Below are positions 60,043-64,000 of a DNA stretch of 64,000 nucleotides, one piece after another (the stretch's first letter is position 1; every line of letters starts with the position of its first letter). The stretch comes from an uncultured Gemmatimonadales bacterium (GTDB taxonomy: Bacteria; Gemmatimonadota; Gemmatimonadetes; Gemmatimonadales; GWC2-71-9). The translations under genes and the position numbers were made by a program. The notes under the pieces were generated by a model. The model did no database searches. It was not told the origin of the DNA and saw nothing but the letters and a program-made list of their open reading frames with translations. The stretch covers positions 595,329 to 659,328 of the forward strand of contig CAVPYI010000001.1 in NCBI GenBank assembly GCA_963709905.1, read 5' to 3'.

Positions 60043-61109
60043 CAGGATGCCCCTTCCCGGAACGCGGCGCCGAGGCCGTTGACCCAGGTGTTCATCAGGT
60101 CGAAATAGGTTTCGACTCCCGGGGCTCCGTGGGTGTTCTCGGGGACGATGACGGCGCGGGCGCCGGTCTTGGCTGCGACCTGCTCGATCTGGTTGCGGTC
60201 GAAGTAGTTGGACGCGAACAACACCCGAATCCGGCGCGCTTTCATGAGTGCGATGACTTCCTCGACATGCCGGGGCGTTGGTGGGATTCCCGGCTTGGCT
60301 TCGATATACGCGGCGCAGGTCACGTCAAACCGCCGGCTGAAATAGACCCATTCCTTGTGGTAACAGGCCATCTCGCGGCCGCGGAAGATTTCGCCCGCCT
60401 TCAACCATCCCCCGAGCCGGTCCAGCAGGGGCTTACCCTGGTACTTGTTAGCGACGAGAAACGGCATGAGCCTGTCCGTCTTGAGGAGATCGAGCGCGGT
60501 CGGGGGAGTCAGGAGCGCGACCAGTTCGCTCCCCATGGTCGCGTCCAGCACCCGCTGCTCGAAGTCCTGCTCGCGGGCCGCGAAATAGGCCGCATTCCCG
60601 GGCGACACCCTCTGGAGCCCGGTGAGGATGTTCCGGGCAATCACGATCGCGTTGTAGGGGTCGGTATGGATGTGCGGGTTGCCGCCTACGTGGATGTCCC
60701 CATGGGCGCGGCTCACGGAGGTGGGCACCTCGAGCAGACTGATTCCGGTGAACGCCGTCACGTAGCCGGGCCCGCCCTCTGCCACCTTGCGGTTGTTGGC
60801 GCGGTCGAGCAGCGCCGGCACCCACAACTCCAGATCCAGCCCGGTCGTGACAAACAGATCGGCGTCCCTGAGTACCGCGACGAAACTCGGCTTCGGCTGG
60901 ACGAAGTGCGGGTCTTCGTCGCCCTGGGCAATCGAAGTGACGGTGCCACGATCGCCGGCGATCTCCCGGGCGATCGCGCCGTAGGTGGTGAGACTGGTGA
61001 CTATTCGGACCTCGGCGGCTCGACGGCTCGGCGGCTCGACGGGTTGACGGCTCGGCGGCTCAGCCACGGAACCCAGGCCCAGAACCAACTGCAGGATAGG
61101 AAACAGCAT
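60042..61109 (-). CDS. metal ABC importer substrate-binding protein (ZnuA/TroA cluster A-I)
   Basis: ATG at 61109 within ORF 60042..61187. IVTSLTTYGAIAREIAGDRGTVTSIAQGDEDPHFVQPKPS...GNPHIHTDP...YHKEWVYFSRRF. The N-terminal linker contains the imperfect duplication EPPSRQPV/EPPSRRAA. Confidence 0.88.
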   Translation of the reverse strand: MLFPILQLVLGLGSVAEPPSRQPVEPPSRRAAEVRIVTSLTTYGAIAREIAGDRGTVTSIAQGDEDPHFVQPKPSFVAVLRDADLFVTTGLDLELWVPALLDRANNRKVAEGGPGYVTAFTGISLLEVPTSVSRAHGDIHVGGNPHIHTDPYNAIVIARNILTGLQRVSPGNAAYFAAREQDFEQRVLDATMGSELVALLTPPTALDLLKTDRLMPFLVANKYQGKPLLDRLGGWLKAGEIFRGREMACYHKEWVYFSRRFDVTCAAYIEAKPGIPPTPRHVEEVIALMKARRIRVLFASNYFDRNQIEQVAAKTGARAVIVPENTHGAPGVETYFDLMNTWVNGLGAAFREGAS

Positions 61110-61110
61110 G

Positions 61111-62460
61111 TCAGTAGGTCTCGTGTTTGTGAGGCCCCATGGCAAACACCGCCTGGAGCAGGAGCCGGTCGGTATTGCCCGCGACACGGTCGTGGTAATG
61201 CTGGCCCTCGAGGCGGAGATAGACGAACTGGCTCTGCCACCAGGTCAGCGTCGGCGAAACCTGCCAGGCGACGGTGTTGGGGCCCCGCGCCGCCTCGACG
61301 TGGTCGTACCGCGCCCCCAGGATCCAGCGCCGGCTCAGGCGGGCGGTCAAATCGACAAAGCCGCCGTAGCGCGTGGTCGAGACGCCCGCCTCTCGCGCGC
61401 TCAGGCGATAACCCTCGGCGCGAATCGTGACGTCCCGGCGGGTCCCCGCCGCCGGCGGACGCCAGGTGAGCCGGAGGTCCAGACCGAGCACCCGCCCCCG
61501 CAGGCTGTCGGCGTTGTTGCCACCCAGCGCCGTGAAGCCGATCTGGCCGTACGTGCTGCGCGAGAGTTGCCAGAAGTTCTGGACTCTCCCGAGCAGGGTA
61601 GCATGACGCCCGTCCCCGTACAGCGGGGCGCTCTCCGCGGTCGTGCCCTGGAGCCAGATCTCGTGGGTACCTCCGGCGAGCGAGAGCGGCAGCGCGGTGT
61701 ACACCGAGAGCCCCGCACCGGTCAGTCCTTCTTCGCCGAGGAATCGGCGATAGACGAGCGGGTATTCCGACTCGGGGAGGGCGTGCAGATGCCAGCGGTT
61801 AAGGTCGCCGACCTGTTGACGCAGCAGCCCCACGTCTGCCCGGATCTTCCCGGGAAGGCCGGTCCAGTAGAGGTAGCCCTCCTCGACGCCTACGTGGTCG
61901 TTCTCGAAGGTGAGAAAGATCTTGCCGGTCGAGTAGGGATCGAGGGCCGATTGCAGGGCGACCTCGAACTCGCGCGCATCGCCCGTGAAACGGTCGCCGC
62001 GTCGGGCCCCGATCAGGCGAATATCCGCGGTGGCACTGATCTCGGGGTTCAAGGCCGCCCCGCTGCCCTGGCGATTGACGAACCGGGCCGGCGGGGACGT
62101 GGTGTCCGGGCCGGCGCCGGCTTGAGTGCCCGCGGCGGCGGCGGCGGCGGCTCGAAGAGCGGCCAGATCGTCACCCGCGGAATCGGCCGGCACGATCGTC
62201 GCGCATCGTCCGGCAATGACCCGCTCGAGGCGAGCGTTCAGGTCACCTAGTGCCCGGGTCAGGGAATCGCTGCCGGCCGGAACTACGATGGCTGGCCCGG
62301 CGGGACAGGCGCCGCGCTCCAGCGAGTCCATCCGGGCCGTGAGATGCCGGAGGGTCCGCGTGAGGCTGTCGGACGACACCGGCTCCTGGGCCCTGATGGG
62401 CAGGGCAGGGAGCGATGTCAGGCAGAGGAGCAGTGTCCAGCACCGGTACTTGAACCGCAT
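61111..62460 (-). CDS. predicted outer-membrane beta-barrel protein (porin-like), first large gene of the metal-uptake operon
   Basis: ATG at 62460 gives MRFKYRCWTLLLCLTSLPALPIRAQ (signal peptide). An Ala-rich helical N-terminal region, then alternating beta-strand pattern to the C-terminus ...LLLQAVFAMGPHKHETY (aromatic end). Functional call by pattern only. Confidence 0.6.
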   Translation of the reverse strand: MRFKYRCWTLLLCLTSLPALPIRAQEPVSSDSLTRTLRHLTARMDSLERGACPAGPAIVVPAGSDSLTRALGDLNARLERVIAGRCATIVPADSAGDDLAALRAAAAAAAGTQAGAGPDTTSPPARFVNRQGSGAALNPEISATADIRLIGARRGDRFTGDAREFEVALQSALDPYSTGKIFLTFENDHVGVEEGYLYWTGLPGKIRADVGLLRQQVGDLNRWHLHALPESEYPLVYRRFLGEEGLTGAGLSVYTALPLSLAGGTHEIWLQGTTAESAPLYGDGRHATLLGRVQNFWQLSRSTYGQIGFTALGGNNADSLRGRVLGLDLRLTWRPPAAGTRRDVTIRAEGYRLSAREAGVSTTRYGGFVDLTARLSRRWILGARYDHVEAARGPNTVAWQVSPTLTWWQSQFVYLRLEGQHYHDRVAGNTDRLLLQAVFAMGPHKHETY

Positions 62461-62885
62461 CGGCGATACCCGCCTCGCCCCGGGGGTCCGGAGCGCCAAG
62501 ATGACCGAGATAATTGAAAGCGCGAACGACGGTCAGGCGGCTTGGGGCGGAGCGCGGGAGAAGTAGAAGGGCTGGTGTGGAGCGAACGGTACGCCAGGGC
62601 GGAGCAGCTCAGTCCGGGCGGTATCGGCGGCGGGCAGGAATTCCGGGGGGAAGCCGACGCTGCCTGCAGCCGGACGGCGCCGAGCATCCGGGCCAGGGCA
62701 CAATGATCGATGTGCTCCCGGCAGCCGTTCAGGTCTTCGAGGTGCGCCTGAACCGACTGGTGCGGACCTTCGAGGCGATGGTCGAGCAGGATATCCGCGG
62801 CGGGGAGCCCGAAGCTGGCGGCGACGAAAGCCGCGGCGAGCAGGGGGCACAAGACCCGGGTGCGAATGAGCCGGAGCGACCTCAT
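62418..62885 (-). CDS. small secreted His/Cys-containing hypothetical protein (3' end uncertain)
   Basis: MRSLRLIRTRVLCPLLAAAFVAASFGLPAADILLDHRLEGPHQSVQAHLEDLNGCREHIDHCALARMLG looks protein-like. After the C6 run (G6 on the plus strand, 62645-62650) the frame becomes Pro/Ser/Arg-rich and overlaps the next gene. A +1 change in that run yields ...PPEFLPAADTARTELLRPGVPFAPHQPFYF... ending at 62533. Confidence 0.4.
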   Translation of the reverse strand: MRSLRLIRTRVLCPLLAAAFVAASFGLPAADILLDHRLEGPHQSVQAHLEDLNGCREHIDHCALARMLGAVRLQAASASPRNSCPPPIPPGLSCSALAYRSLHTSPSTSPALRPKPPDRRSRFQLSRSSWRSGPPGRGGYRRCGSSTGAGHCSSA

Positions 62886-63020
62886 GATAGGGTGAACCTA
62901 GCCGGTTGCCGGCCGAGCCGGGAGGTCCTTGGGCCGACGGGGGGGGGCCGGCTTTCTCGGCGGTCGGCACCGTCTCATCGAAAGCGGCCTTGACGCGCCG
63001 GGAGCCCGGGCGGCTCGGGA

Positions 63021-64000
63021 TCAGGCTCGCTGGCCCTCGATAACGGGCGACTGCCGGAGCCCCTCGCCGCGCGCCTGGTGTTTGCGGACAGGACCCTCCG
63101 AGGGCAGGAGGAACCAGAAGGTGGCGCCGGTTCCATGGATCGATTCGCAGCCGATCGATCCGCCGTGCATTTCGACGAACCGGCGCGACAGGGCAAGGCC
63201 CAGGCCGGTACCTTGCTGCTCGCGACTGGCGGAGCTGTCCACCTGGCTGAATTCGTGAAACAGCTTGGGCATGTCGTCCTGCCTGATCCCCATCCCGCTG
63301 TCCCTGATGGAGACCCAGACCGCGTCGCGGGCCACCAGACGGACGGCGTCTCCGGCGCGTTCGGCCGGCACCGGGAGCGGGGCGCGGGTGGCCACGGCGG
63401 ACACGGTCACCTGGCCGGCCTCTGGGGTGAACTTGGAGGCGTTCGACAGGAGGTTGTACAGGATCTGCCGGATACGAGTCCCGTCGGCCAGAACGGTGAG
63501 CGGCTCGGTCCCGATTTCGAGTCGGCATTCCTGCCGCTTGGCGGTCCGCAGCGGCGCCGTATCGGTGACCGCTCCCAGAATCACCTCGCGGAGGTCGCAT
63601 GGGGTCAGGGTCAGCGTCATCCGGCCGGCTTCGATTTTCGAGAGATCGAGCACGCTGTTGATGAGGCCGAGCAGGTGCTTGCCGTTCCGCAGAATGGAGT
63701 CGAGGAACTCGCGTTGCGAGTCGTTGAGCGAGCCCAGCTCCTCGGTGAGCATGAGATCCGAGAACCCGTTGATGGCATTCAGTGGAGTACGCAGTTCGTG
63801 CGACATGTTGGCCAGAAACTGGCTCTTGAGCTGAGTGGCCCGCACCAACTCCCGGTTCTTGGCCGCCAGCACCTCTTCCTTGCGGCGGCTCTCCTCGAGG
63901 ATGTGGGCCCGGTCCAGTCCCACCACGACCTGGTCGCCCAGGGTCTGGAGCAGGTGGACGTCTTCATCGGTGAACGGCCGGCCGTCGCGGCGATTGAACG
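63021..64000 (-). CDS. sensor histidine kinase (HisKA + HATPase_c; GAF-like region upstream), 5' end outside the window
   Basis: H-box FLANMSHELRTPLNAINGFSDL, N-box LYNLLSNASKFT, G-boxes IRDSGMGI and GTGLGLALS. The reading frame is open to the window end (...FTDEDVHLLQTLGDQVVVGLDRA). Confidence 0.9.
   Translation of the reverse strand, partial: FNRRDGRPFTDEDVHLLQTLGDQVVVGLDRAHILEESRRKEEVLAAKNRELVRATQLKSQFLANMSHELRTPLNAINGFSDLMLTEELGSLNDSQREFLDSILRNGKHLLGLINSVLDLSKIEAGRMTLTLTPCDLREVILGAVTDTAPLRTAKRQECRLEIGTEPLTVLADGTRIRQILYNLLSNASKFTPEAGQVTVSAVATRAPLPVPAERAGDAVRLVARDAVWVSIRDSGMGIRQDDMPKLFHEFSQVDSSASREQQGTGLGLALSRRFVEMHGGSIGCESIHGTGATFWFLLPSEGPVRKHQARGEGLRQSPVIEGQRA

Noticed and set aside
61015-61065. 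Imperfect 24-bp tandem duplication (GACGGCTCGGCGGCTC...) near the 5' end of the metal-binding-protein gene.
   Set aside because: It lies inside the coding region and simply encodes a duplicated Pro/Ser/Arg linker (EPPSRQPV / EPPSRRAA) after the signal peptide. It is not an independent element.
62886-63020. G9 homopolymer and flanking GCCGAC/GTCGGC repeats downstream of the histidine kinase as a terminator or G-quadruplex.
   Set aside because: Only a single G-run is present, which is not enough for a quadruplex. The putative stem is 6 bp with a 23-nt loop, so support is weak.

Overview
GC-rich (by eye about two-thirds G+C) bacterial chromosomal window with about 70 genes. I recognised no rRNA, tRNA, CRISPR array, transposase or prophage. 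No lineage can be assigned from sequence alone.

Main blocks, in order:
- 1-8.1 kb: MMPL exporter (partial), matrixin-like protease, beta-lactamase-fold hydrolase, DUF59 protein, RNase D, ACC-deaminase-like enzyme, a thioesterase/alpha-beta-hydrolase fusion and a ferredoxin.
- 8.2-13.8 kb: a patatin-POTRA-Omp85 (type Vd-like) protein, then two tandem actP paralogs with a DUF485 gene.
- 14-16.8 kb: small envelope genes, PadR and def.
- 17.0-23.8 kb: a complete sufR-sufBCDSU operon extended by a bacilliredoxin-like gene and an unknown gene.
- 24.3-26.9 kb: XRE regulator plus an ABC-2 exporter.
- 26.9-37.3 kb: mnmG, a perfect parS, parA-parB-M23 peptidase-bactofilin, then a BMP-type ABC importer with a nested Nif3 gene.
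- 37.3-44.2 kb: plsC, VOC, queG, ndh, and an aminotransferase-LOG-deoxyhypusine-synthase-like trio.
- 44.2-51 kb: LytS/LytTR two-component pair, two large ankyrin-repeat proteins and VOC enzymes.
- 51-59.1 kb: copper island (csoR-copA-copZ, a triple-GAF protein, ctaG-SCO-copD-copC, PCuAC).
- 59.2-62.9 kb: metal ABC importer without an ATPase gene.
- 63.0-64.0 kb: partial histidine kinase.

Most unusual observations:
1. An 8-kb block (about 27.34-35.34 kb) carries roughly 25-30 frameshifts across eight consecutive housekeeping genes, while both flanks are clean. Sequence error is more likely than biology.
2. Two intergenic elements (19.18-19.27 kb and 51.34-51.43 kb) are built from convergent arrays of GTGA-containing heptamers.
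3. parAB, an M23 peptidase and a bactofilin are translationally coupled directly behind parS.

I did not recognise a clear new multi-gene system such as a defence island.
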